A stretch of 64,000 nucleotides of DNA from Macrostomum lignano (lineage: Eukaryota), in assembly GCA_002269645.1 (NCBI GenBank), contig NIVC01000795.1:62001-126000 (forward strand), written 5' to 3'. Positions 22,773 to 34,092 of the stretch are shown here, in pieces. Below the pieces are notes generated by a model. That model saw only the letters and a program-made list of their open reading frames with translations, was not told the DNA's origin and made no database searches. A program made the translations under genes and the position numbers. Within the stretch, counting starts at the first letter, position 1. Every line of letters starts with the position of its first letter.

Positions 22773-25530
22773 GTGATGTCCGGCCGATCCAGCTCCCTGA
22801 TCCCCGTGCTTCCAGGCAATGTCAGCCGCACCGTCAGCTTTGAATGCTCGTCCATCCCGGACCCACGCTCGTGTCGCGATGATTTAACGGTGTCGCCGAC
22901 CCAGGAAGATGCGGAGATGCCTGTGGCGGCTTCGGAGGCCGGGCGGCCCGGCAGCGGCTTTTCACCGGCCAACGGTGACGGACGCCTCGTGCGGCGCCTC
23001 CGGCCAGCAGTTCGCTTACGGAAGCGGCGCCCAGGCAGTGGGCCCTACAGCTGGTCCAGCATGCAGCGGGCGGCCAGCTTCCAGACACTGTTTCGCTCCT
23101 TCGCCAACGACACCACGGCGCACGGCATCCGGCAGCTGGCCGCGGCTGACAGCTGCTTGCGACGCTTGTTGTGGGCGAGCGTCCTGGCCCTGGTGACCAT
23201 GGGCTGGGTCACCCACCTGGCCAACGAGATTCACTACTATTTCAGCTACCCGGTTAACGTGCAGACCAGCTTTCTGATGGGGGCCTTCAGTTTCCCGGAC
23301 GTGATCATCTGCGACCCGATCGGGCCCATCCGGCCGGATCTGATACTGCGCGCCTTCAACGGCACCGGCCACCACGACCTGCTGCAAAGCTCCGACGGCG
23401 TCGCCATCCTGCCGCAGATGTTTTGGGGCGAGCTGCAGCACACCGACAAGTCGCGCTTCTTCCTCAGCCACTTCATCGACCTGCCGAGCAGCGCCCTGCG
23501 CCCGGAGGACTACATCATCTTCTGTCGCTACCAGAAGCAGCCGTGCAATTTCCTGAACTTTTCCGTGTACTACCACCACGACTTCATGAACTGCTTTGCC
23601 TTCCAGCCGCCGACGCGGAAGATGAGCGCCGCCGGCACCGACAACGGCCTGACGCTGGTGCTGAACGTGCCGCAGCGTCGTTTTGTTGAGTCCTTCTCCG
23701 GCTTCGGGGAGAAGTACGAGGAGGCCCTGCTGCCGCTGGGGCTGCGGGTGTCGCTGCAGCAGCAGGGCACGATTCCGCACCCGAGCGAAGGCGGCTGGGT
23801 GCTGCCCAAGGGCATGCTGACCGAGATCAACCTGTGGCACTTTAGGTGTGCTGTTATTGTGTTATGCTGTTATTTTTATTATCTGTAGTACTCATCGATT
23901 GATGCGATTGACTGCAGGCGGACGAATGATTTTTAATCTCCGAATTGTCTAAATTAATAATAATTACGGCCAGTTTCGCCCCAAAATGCGTGACATCTCA
24001 ATGGGCACCTGAGCCCCGAGAGCATTCTGTCCCCTCCCCCCCCCCCGAGAAGCAATTTCGGCTATTGAATCCTGCTTCTTTTCCCTCTGGGCCGGAGCAG
24101 TTCATCAATTATTTATGCCTTAATAGCACGGACGAGATCAGGTTGTGTTAGAAAAAACGGCCCAAATAAAATAGCAGACACAGCAGAGAAAACTGAGAGT
24201 AGCGATGCAGCTCAGAGCGGAGCCTGGAAGCGCATCCCCGCCTCTTTCTCCTCCAACCGAACCTTATCTGCCGGAGCAGCTGCTGTCCCGGTCTGGACAG
24301 ATAAAACAGGCTAATAAACCTTGGCGCGAAGGCGAAAACATCCGCTTCCCATCTCCTTTTCTCCAGGAAAACAGGAGATAGCAGGCGCGAGAGTGATAAA
24401 TAGCGACAAGGGGGTTTGGAACTGTGCATGTGCTCATGCTCATAACTCTGAAGGTGATATCTGCTTTGTCAGCTTAAACGACTCAAGATTGTTCGGTTGA
24501 GAGTGTAGCCTCGGACTCGAGCTCAGCGAGTCCAACAAGGAAGGGCAGCTTGTTCTGGAGTGGTAATGAGCTCAGCCAGTCCAAGGGAGGGTTGGAGTCT
24601 CATTTAGTCAAAGTCAAGCAACGGAAGCTTCCCACCCACAGGAGCTCACTAATCAACACGCCGGTGGCTCCGTGCTCTGACGGTGACAAGATCCCGCACT
24701 TCAACCACGCCACTGGACATCTAGACGAGTACAACTACCGCACCGAGGACTGCCTCTACCACCAGATCCTGCGCCGCACCGAGGAGATCTGCAACTGCTC
24801 CGTGCACGTCGACGATCACTGGCGGAACGGCTTCGACTGGCCGCGGAGGCCCAACTGCCACTCGAGCTTCAACATCACCCGGCATCAGCTGGACTTCGTC
24901 ATGCAGCTGCGCCGGAAGCCGCACGATCACCACGACGGACGGGCCGCCGCGGAGGCCCTGCGGGTGCTGGATAGCGTTGCGGCGCCAGTTACGCGGATAA
25001 TCGACTGCTTCCAGCAGGCCCGCCAGGAGGGGCCCCCGCCGGACGTGCTGGCGGCCTGCCCGAACCCCTGCAACTACGAGAACTACGTGACGGCGATCTC
25101 GCAAGCGATGTGGCCGCAGGCCGAGATGCTCGACCGCATCAAGGAGATGCTGCTGGACACGATCTCGCGCGAGTACTTCGAACCGCTGGAGAGTCTGGGC
25201 CGGCTGAGCTCCCTCATCAGGCCGCTGGGCGAGGATTTTGCGGAACTGTTCGGACAGCTGCGGGCCTGCAACAGAAGCGCCTGCTCAGCCCGGCTGCACT
25301 CCCAACTATACAGCTTCATGGAGCGAAACTTCCTTGAGCTGCGCGTGTTTCCCCGCAGTCTGGACATCCAGTTCACTGAGGAGAAGACCAGCTTACCGCT
25401 GAGCAGTCTGATGTCTCAGCTGGGCGGACTCAGCGGCCTCTGGCTCGGCATCAGCATCGTCACACTGTGCGAGTTCGTCGAGTTCTCCGCGGCGCTGCTT
25501 CGGCGGGCGTGCCGTCCCATGCCGCCGTGA
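22773..25530 (+). CDS. DEG/ENaC sodium channel (ENaC/FaNaC-type features); exons 22773..23845 and 24642..25530
   Basis: FANDTTAHGI (HG motif), TM1, FPDVIICD, FMNCFAF, NGLTLVL, GLRVSL, CPNPC..ENY, QAMWP and LMSQLGGLSGLWLGISIVTLCEF (TM2, GxS filter). AG|GTGTGC and cccacag join in phase 2. The start codon is uncertain (22773 or 22918). Confidence 0.93.
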
Positions 25531-26698
25531 ACTGCTGCGACTGGGACAGATTTTAGACTGCTTGACTTCTGCTAGCAAGGACTTTTAAGTGTCACCTGGA
25601 CTATAGCAGGGACTTCTAAATTATATAGCTATTGAGGAAAAGTAAACAAAAAGCACTTTTCATTGCCCAATGGGATAAGTAATGGATGCTAAAAATATTT
25701 GCCATTATCCAATTCTAATACCTAATGCTCACTATCCACATATACTACTCGTAAATTCTAATTCTAAAATGATGCACAATTTTTAATGGAGGGTGTTCAC
25801 TGTTTACTTTATTTTCAAAATTCCTCTTTAACATTGGGGCGTGCCTTTCCAATATAAAAGAGCTCCCTTCAGTTAAAGTACTCACTTCAAGACAATAGTA
25901 CTCAATTTAAGAAGAGTGCTCACTTTGAAACAGGAGTTATCGGTATGCCCATTCAAGACAGGAGAGCTCACTTCAAGACAGTAGTGCTCACTTTTCTTAC
26001 TTAGAGACAAGAGACTGCTGAGCATCCGACAGGAAATGGTCGTTATAATAGAGTGGCACCTACTTCAAAACTATTGCTCAACCGTACATTGTACTAATTG
26101 TACTAATTCTCTTGTAGTGAAACCGCCATCCATAGCGGTAATAATTTGTGCCCATACAAACGTATAATTTAGCAACGTTTTGCGCCACCGGCAGCGGAAG
26201 AGGCCATGCCAGATCCAAGGCGAGTATTGATTAAAGGCGCAGTAGGTATGAAAGCAGTGAGCAATAAATCACGATTATCAGAGCTGGGTGGGCTGGGGTC
26301 GAAGCGACCAGAGCTGCCAGTCCGCCCTGGCTTTCTCGCCGATTTCCTTCTCCAGATAATTAAACTAATTCTCAAATATGACTTCAAACTTCCGAACATC
26401 AGCGAGCATAAATATAATCATCAACTACTGATTAAACAGTAGGAACGCCAAGCCACTTTTCCTACTGTCGAACCACGAAGGGGGGGAATTTCTAACATTT
26501 TTGCTGCGCCAGAACGAAGCAACGCAGGCAGACAAAATTCAAGATCACAGGCTAACTTTTTTGCTCAGCCTTCTCAAACAAGAATCAAGTCACCAGGCCT
26601 CCAGACCGTCGAGATATTCAAGGATTCTGCTAAAAGATCGGATTTTTCCTTAAGCGCCACTACTATTAAATCACCCCATGTGCGCCAACCAGCACTGC

Positions 26699-27135
26699 TC
26701 CTAAGTGCAGCCTTCCCAAGACATCCCTAAGTGCAGCCTTCCCAAGACATCCCTAAGTGCAGCCTTCCCAAGACATCCCTAAGTGCAGCCTTCCCAAGAC
26801 ATCCCTAAGTGCAGCCTTCCCAAGACATCCCTAAGTGCAGCCTTCCCAAGACATCCCTAAGTGCAGCCTTCCCAAGACATCCCTAAGTGCAGCCTTCCCA
26901 AGACATCCCTAAGTGCAGCCTTCCCAAGACATCCCTAAGTGCAGCCTTCCCAAGACATCCCTAAGTGCAGCCTTCCCAAGACATCCCTAAGTGCAGCCTT
27001 CCCAAGACATCCCTAAGTGCAGCCTTCCCAAGACATCCCTAAGTGCAGCCTTCCCAAGACATCCCTAAGTGCAGCCTTCCCAAGACATCCCTAAGTGCAG
27101 CCTTCCCAAGACATCCCTAAGTGCAGCCTTCCCAA
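26699..27135. repeat. 26-bp minisatellite (CCCTAAGTGCAGCCTTCCCAAGACAT), about 17 near-perfect copies
   Basis: Period 26 read directly. Confidence 0.97.
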
Positions 27136-27616
27136 ATTTCATCAGCTCGTCAAACACGTGGCTGCATCAGCTAACTTGATTGGTCACTGGCCTTCACCCA
27201 GGCGGAGCTCCTGAACCTTCAACAGGTGGCACCAGGTGACTATGGACTATGGACGCAGCAAAAAGCCCCACCCCTTGCCCCTAGGTACTTATGCTGTAAA
27301 TGATTAACTGCAAATTAAATATTTGAGAGAACTGATGGAAAGCCAAAATTAAAATTAATGTTATTTGAAGCGCGCAGTTAAAAAGGCTATATCGGCACAC
27401 TTCGGAATAATTAAAGCAATCACAGCGCAAATCAATTTAAAATCATTTAAAACAAAAGCAACTATAAACTCGGCAATCTAGGATTTAGATAACAGTACAA
27501 ATAACAGCGCACGCCAGCAATCCAATAAAACGCGACCGCGGATGAGCTACTTAGGAACAGCAGTAGCGAAACAGGAATATTTCGTTAAAACTTTGCACAA
27601 AGTAATTAAATTTTCT

Positions 27617-27980
27617 TTAGGCGACAAAGTCGTGCCCGCCGCTTCTGCCGCCGCCGCCGCCGCCGCGGTTGCCACCGTCAGCGGCGCGCGACGGCGACTC
27701 GGAGTAGACGACAGCGGCCGGGGCGTCAGCCAGAGCGCGAGCTGGCGCAAGCGGCGAGAAGAACTTGGCGGCCAGCAGGGCGCCGCAGACGGTGCCGATA
27801 AGGCCGCCGGCCAGAATGTCGCTCCAGTGGTGCTTATAGTCGGAGACGCGGGACATCGCAACGCTGGAGCCCACCAGCACCAGCGCCACCTGCGCCAGGT
27901 TCTTCAGCGAGTGCAGCGGGTGACGGAAGGCCAGGCGGGCCTGTGGGATAGATAGATACCCTAGATACCCTTATACACTA

Positions 27981-28066
<86 letters not shown>

Positions 28067-28092
28067 GCAGACAGACAGACAGACAGACAGGC

Positions 28093-28143
<51 letters not shown>

Positions 28144-28147
28144 TAGC

Positions 28148-28210
<63 letters not shown>

Positions 28211-28213
28211 TAG

Positions 28214-28250
<37 letters not shown>

Positions 28251-28862
28251 CTGCATGTAGACAGCCAGGTAGACGCACACAGCCATGGAGAAGGAGGAGT
28301 GCCCGCTGGGAAAAGACTTCATCGCATTTGTGAATTTGCCGGAGTCCGGCGGGCGGCAGAAGTCGGGGGTGTACAGTTTGCCGCGCACGCAGGTGGTGTT
28401 GAGCTGGCAGGCTTCCAGAAAGTGCGGCCGCTGCCGGCCGAAGCCCATCTTGCCAACCACGGTGAAAATCTCGTTAGCCAGACAGGCGAAGGCCAGCTGG
28501 TAGAGCCCGGCTGTTATGGCTGCAAATAGCGGAGCAAATTTTTCCGGCAATATGCGGCCAACTACTGACAGTAGGGTGGGGTGGGCCGGCCGCTCAGATT
28601 TCACCCGCTCGGGGGCGTGCCAGTGCCGCAGGCACTCGACAGTGACCACCACGAACAGGCCGAGGACCACGCCGACGCCAATGCAGGTGCTGAAGGGCAC
28701 GGTGCCCTCCTTCAGTGGGTAGCCGATGCTCTCGTCGTCGCAGTAGAAGCCGCGCTGGAACGGCTTGACGGCGAAGTGGACGATGAGGCAGGCGGCGCCC
28801 AGCATCAGCAGCACCAGGAGGTGGCCGACGCCAGCCAGAATTGCCGAAGCTCGCGGCTCCAT
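27617..28862 (-). CDS. PAP2/lipid phosphate phosphatase (PLPP/wunen-like), copy 1; exons 28862..28251 and 27940..27617
   Basis: PFQRGFYCDDESIGYP, K-x6-RP (KMGFGRQRP), SFPSGH and SRVSDYKHHWSD are all intact; phase-0 GT-AG intron. Confidence 0.95.
27978..28250. repeat. (GACA)n/(TGTC)n microsatellite filling the intron of PLPP copy 1
   Basis: Read directly. Confidence 0.97.
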
Positions 28863-29583
28863 GCGGCCTGGATGAGCTCGCAGGTTTTGTCTGGGACCGG
28901 GACTGGCAACCGGGTCCGGTTTGGGCTTGCGGGCGGGAATGGGTTTTGGGACTTTGGCTGGGTTGGGATTAGGAATGCGCGCGGGATTGGGGTTGGGATT
29001 AGGAATCGGAACCGGATCGGACTTTGGGACGGGATTCAAGTTCGGCTTAGCTGTGGAGTTCGGGCTCGGCAGGGAGCTGGGCTGTTGAAGAACCGGATTA
29101 GGTTTTGGAGCTGGAGCTGGAGAATTGGGATTACTGTTAGTGGTATTGACCCCGGGGCTAGGCTGGGAGTTGGAGTGGAATTTGCGAACGTGAAGGCCCG
29201 AAGTGCCGAAAGTATCGGTTTCAGCCTCCGAAGATGAGGATATTTCTGGAGACGCCTGGAATAAAAGCAGTATTTGTTTATATTAAGCAAGGGACTGGGG
29301 CTGCTGTGTTATAGTTATACTACCTACTAGCTGTTACATGTATATGCCAAATGCCTACGAATTTATATATGGTACCTAATTGGCATATGACGCTTTTTAG
29401 TAGGTATGTGCGATGTGATAAGATTATGAAGTAAAGTGCATGTACATTTGAAACTGTTTAATTAAGCTTTAGAAACAGATTTTTCGACGCAAAAACAGCC
29501 TTTAAAGTCGCATCGTGCAGAATACACAAGACTAATTTTAAATGTACACAACTTTCTTAATCCACAGATTCAATAATCGCACA

Positions 29584-29717
29584 CGGGCTCACCTGAGATA
29601 GAATTTAGTAAGCAGTTTACACTACCGCGAAAGATTTTCAGCTGGATTTTCGGGCTCACCTGAGATAGAATTTAGTAAGCAGTTTACACTACCGCGAAAG
29701 ATTTTCAGCTGGATTTT
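29584..29717. repeat. Direct tandem duplication of about 67 bp (CGGGCTCACCTGAGATAGAATTTAG...CAGCTGGATTTT)
   Basis: Two adjacent identical copies. Confidence 0.85.
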
Positions 29718-30898
29718 CAAAGCAATGCAAAAACGCAAAGTAAAGCCGGACTACAGACAGATAGACTGCCGGGGGGTAAAGGACAGTTTTACAAGGCCCT
29801 GCACTCTCTCGCTGAAATTTCTCCGCCCGTTTTCGTGTACATTCCTCCCTTCTCCTTATCATAAGTTGGGGGGGCTGGGCGTGGTTGGTTGGGTTAGCGC
29901 AAGTGTACATTTGTTGGGTGTACATTGGGGTCTTCTCTCTACTACTGCCTGGCCTTGGTTTGGAGGAGGCTGTCCAACGGGGGGGGAGTTCATACGTGTA
30001 AGACCTACGATGTAAACCTCACATACAATACTTAACACATCGCCTCAAAGTTAAGCAATCTAAAAGGCCCTAAACTTCACCAGGGGCCTAAACTTGGGAA
30101 TCATTAATGGAAATCCTAAATTCCGTCAACGGCAAAAAGCGTTAGCCTGAAAATAAAAACATCTTTTAGGTGATGTGAAGGTGAAGTTTATGTCTTGTGA
30201 AGTTTTTGTTTTACAAGAGGATGCTTGAAACTTTTAATCGATGTGAACTTTAGGTATTGTGAAAGCGCTCCCGCGCCATCCAACCACTGAACGGTTTTTA
30301 ATAATATATTTATTAATTCATAAACTAAGGAAACCAGCTTGGTAAATTTGTAATATGCTTTAAGTCTTAGTTTTTAGTACGTAGCTACTTCTTGCTATTT
30401 GAGTACAATTACCACTTGAATGCAAAGTTTGGCGTGTCCGACCTAACAAAACAACAAGGCGAAGAGTTGTTGGTACGAGCGCACTTGCTGCCACTGGCAA
30501 AGCTTTCTCATCGCATCGCATCTCTAATAAACTCGGAAACTCTGCTCTGATAAACGACAATAGAGTAAGCGAGAAGAGATTAATAAGACACGAATATGCG
30601 GTTCTGTTTAAAACGAATAAACACTGCTGCAATTTTTTCACCGATCTTAATGGTTACTGACGGTTAAGTAGCTTACAAAATGAGGACTTTGGAGTGAATT
30701 ACGCTAGTCAAATGTCAACAAAACGTATGCAGATGCGTATTGCGCATGGAGAATGGCTTTCAATTTTCGTTGCTATAGTTACATGATTTCGCGATATCGA
30801 TATTGATTAGCAACTCTAACATCAAATAAAGGCGGGGGGCGACCGTGCAGCGCAAATGACCAGAAAAGACAAAACCGTTCTAAATCTGAGCCAGTCTC

Positions 30899-32026
30899 TC
30901 ACACCACACTGCCAGCCAGTCTCCGCACCCCCGGCCCAGCATCTTCCTCTCCCTCATCGCCGCTGCCGGTCTCCCGGGCCTCGTCCGGTTTGCCTTCAAC
31001 GCCGAGCCCGCAGCCTTCACGAGGAACGACGCTGGCCGCTAGCCAGGCCAGGCCATACCGGCACCGAGCAGCCCGCCAGCCAGCACGTCGCTCCAGTGGT
31101 GCTTGTAGTCCGACACCCGCGAGTAGGCCACGTACAGGCCGGCCACCGCCGCCAGGAACTGGAACGTCCGGCGAAGTAGAGCGGATCGACAGCGGCCTGC
31201 CCGCCGCTGCAGGTAGAGCAGCACAAAGGTGGCGCAGTAGAGACTGAAGGAAGCGTGGCCGCTGGGAAACGAGCGCTGCGCGTCCTGAGAATGAGATGGA
31301 TACGAGCGCATGCAAACCAAGCCCGCTTGAGCAGCCAACAAATCCATGAATGCCTCCGCTGGACCCCCTGTATCTCAGCAGATCGCTGCCCCTGTCTCAG
31401 GGGGTTGCAGGGCATACTCTCAGCATGACTAAGCACTTTCTGCAGCACCGCACCTGGAATTCCCTCGCCGACACAGCTGGCCTGCAGACCACGGCCGCAT
31501 CGTAGGCAACGCTGGCATTGCAGAAGCCGCCTGGCAGCTCCGGCCGACAGACAGTGTAAAAGAATGGCCGATGCCGGCCGAAGGCATTCTTGGCCATGCC
31601 CATCAGGAAGTCGCAGCCGGCCAGGCCCACACAGAAGTAGTAAACGGCATACAGGATGGCCGCGAAGTAGCTGGCCGCGAACTCGCTGGTGGCGAACAGG
31701 CGTCGCGCGAAGGCCACCAGGGCCGGTGCGCTACGCAGGTGTCGGCGATCTCGACAGCGCCACTCGGCCACAGCGATAGTCAGCCAGGCGGTCAAGACGC
31801 CAACGGGAGCGCAGATATAGTAGGGCACGGAGCAGCGGCCCACCGGGTACCGGATGCTCTGATCGTCGCAAAAGAATAGCCGCGAGAATGGCGGGACGAG
31901 CACGTGCATGAGGCTCATGGCGGTGCACAGGCCGAACAGGACCAGGCCGTGCAGGCAGGCGCTGAAGGCAATGCGGCCGCTGGACGGTGCCGTCAAGTCG
32001 AGAGGCATCTGCTGCGTCGGTGGCAT
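30899..32026 (-). CDS. PAP2/lipid phosphate phosphatase, copy 2; exons 32026..31454 and 31284..31039 (to 30899 without the 5-bp duplication)
   Basis: PPFSRLFFCDDQSIRYP, KNAFGRHRP, SFPSGH and SRVSDYKHHWSD are intact; phase-0 intron CAG|GTGCGG..ttctcag; apparent frameshift in the last TM helix. Confidence 0.92.
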
Positions 32027-34092
32027 GCACGGAGTCGAAAATTGAACTGGTAATTTTCATTTTGTTGCGGTCTGTTAGGGTGCATGGATTCTATTATGCG
32101 TAAGAGTGACTTCAGATTTGTCCTTGATAGTTTGAGCTGAGTTACGATTTGTACCGACATGTACTCGTATAACTACTACTGTTAACCAATATTTGTACTC
32201 TCCACTTCGTATAACTTTCGGGCTCTAGAGAAATGACGCTTACATGTAATTATTATATTTAGAAAAAGATGATAGCAAGATGACGCAACGGGCCAGGCTT
32301 ACTAACACTAACGTCTGATTTCGAAATTTTGACTTTGAGACAGTCTGTGTAGTGATTTGAGAGATCAAAGCTGTTCTGAACGAGTTAAACGGAGTCCGAA
32401 CTTCATCAGCAGATCCTGATCTTAAGAATAACACGAATAAATGATTTTTCGAGAACGAGCAGTTTTAGGTTAGGGATTGGGTTAAGTTTAATGTTAGAAT
32501 TAGTTTTAGGGTTTAGATTTGTGGTGAATCTGGGGCATTAAACTGGCCGGTAGTCAATTGCCGAACACGTAGCTACCTTAGCAACAGTCAAAATTAGCAC
32601 TTTAATGAGAGGCGATTGCTCACCTCTGTCACTTCAAACCGCAACTTGCGCCACTGCGTTAGGCAAAAATTGAGGGAAGAAAGGGATAAACCGCATAACA
32701 ACCCTTAGCGAAGGGCATGAACTACTCTCTTACTTCAATGGTGAGTAGTCGCCCCTCGCTAGGAATGCTGCTTGTGACTATTGCTGAGTATACAGTACGT
32801 GTAGCTACGCTCACATGCATTCAGCAACATAGAAGAGTCGCCACATTGTATGCCAGTAAGCGACTTCTCTCGGACTGACGACTTTTCCGTATTAAGCATT
32901 GTAATTCGAATGTTGCTGCCAGGATTGCGAAACTATGCTCGTAAATATACAATTTTGTCATTTTTTGCGTGGTGAAAGACAAAGGATGACAAAGGAGCAA
33001 AGCGCGAGAGGAAAAGGAGAAAGGAAACGCAAACAGAAGAAGCAACAGAAAAAGAGAAATAAAACTAAAGGAGTCTGAACTACTGAAGCGAACTAAGTCG
33101 CAACTGGAGCCAACCAGTAAGGCCAGTTCATTAGTACCACTCACTTGTAGCTCCGTGGTGCCAAAGATTTCTCAAATCAATTTTAAGACAGGTCTGAGCA
33201 ATCTTCGACCTGTGGAGCTGTACATGAGCCGGCCTTTATACCTTGTAGTGACGAAATGCTTTTTTTATAATCATGTAGTTTCATAGAGTTCATCAGAGTT
33301 TTTTTCTTTCCACAGCTACTACAAATTAACGTTACTTACATTTCAGGCCGCGTCCTGCTCAGGAAGTTCCACTAAATGAATTTATAGAATTCAATTTCAA
33401 CTTTATAGATATAACTTTTTAAAGAAATCAAAACGAAAACAAAATAACTTTCCTCAACTGAACTGATCAAGGACTGAATGAAGTCGGGTACCTGCCTCGC
33501 TGTCTAGTGTCAGACCTCAATCATATATTCCTACACTGCCATACACCCGCCATTATATTCACAGAGCACACATTATCTGGCTGTCAGCAAGCAAAGCTTC
33601 TATTTGCCAAAAATCGCGGTGGCCGGGTCAAGCTTAGACAGCCCTGCTGCCAACTAATTAAAGCCGAAGCATGACCCCCCCCCCTATAGCTGCCATTGAT
33701 AAAGGCATTTTGATAGCCAAGCCAAACTGCTAGGGCCAACACACCGGCACTACCGCAAGCTGTGTTTACAAAGATAATTAAGAGTTTATCCCCCAATAAT
33801 TCGTGTGCATATTGAAAGACCATACTGCTAGGAATGGTCGAGTTATATAACGCAAACCAAACTGAACTGGAGACAGGTGCGAGTTCTGTCAATAAAATAA
33901 AATAAACAAGAAACAGTGGAACACACTGAAAACTTGATTGGTTTTTTTCATTCCAAGCCAGCCTGATGAGACTGTTATCATTCAGACTCTGAATTTTGTT
34001 TGCATCTCAACTTTTATTGTTCCCCGATGCTCCACACGGCTACCAGTTAGCGCTCTCAATCCATGGTCTCTCTTATCGAAATCGGATCCGTT

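Noticed and set aside
28863-29240. In-frame PNPNP-rich N-terminal extension of PLPP copy 1
   Set aside because: No ATG (starts at TTG), low complexity; more likely 5' UTR or promoter sequence.
296-31779. Many Arg/Ala/Pro-rich ORFs overlapping real exons in other frames or antisense
   Set aside because: Expected shadows of GC3-rich coding sequence; the true frames are set by domain motifs and splice phase.
32465-32520. Telomere-like TTAGGG/TTAGG words
   Set aside because: One or two degenerate units only; not an interstitial telomeric array.
33962-33993. C/D-box snoRNA (TGATGA...CTGA) downstream of RPS9
   Set aside because: The boxes are only about 25 nt apart, not intronic, and there is no terminal stem.
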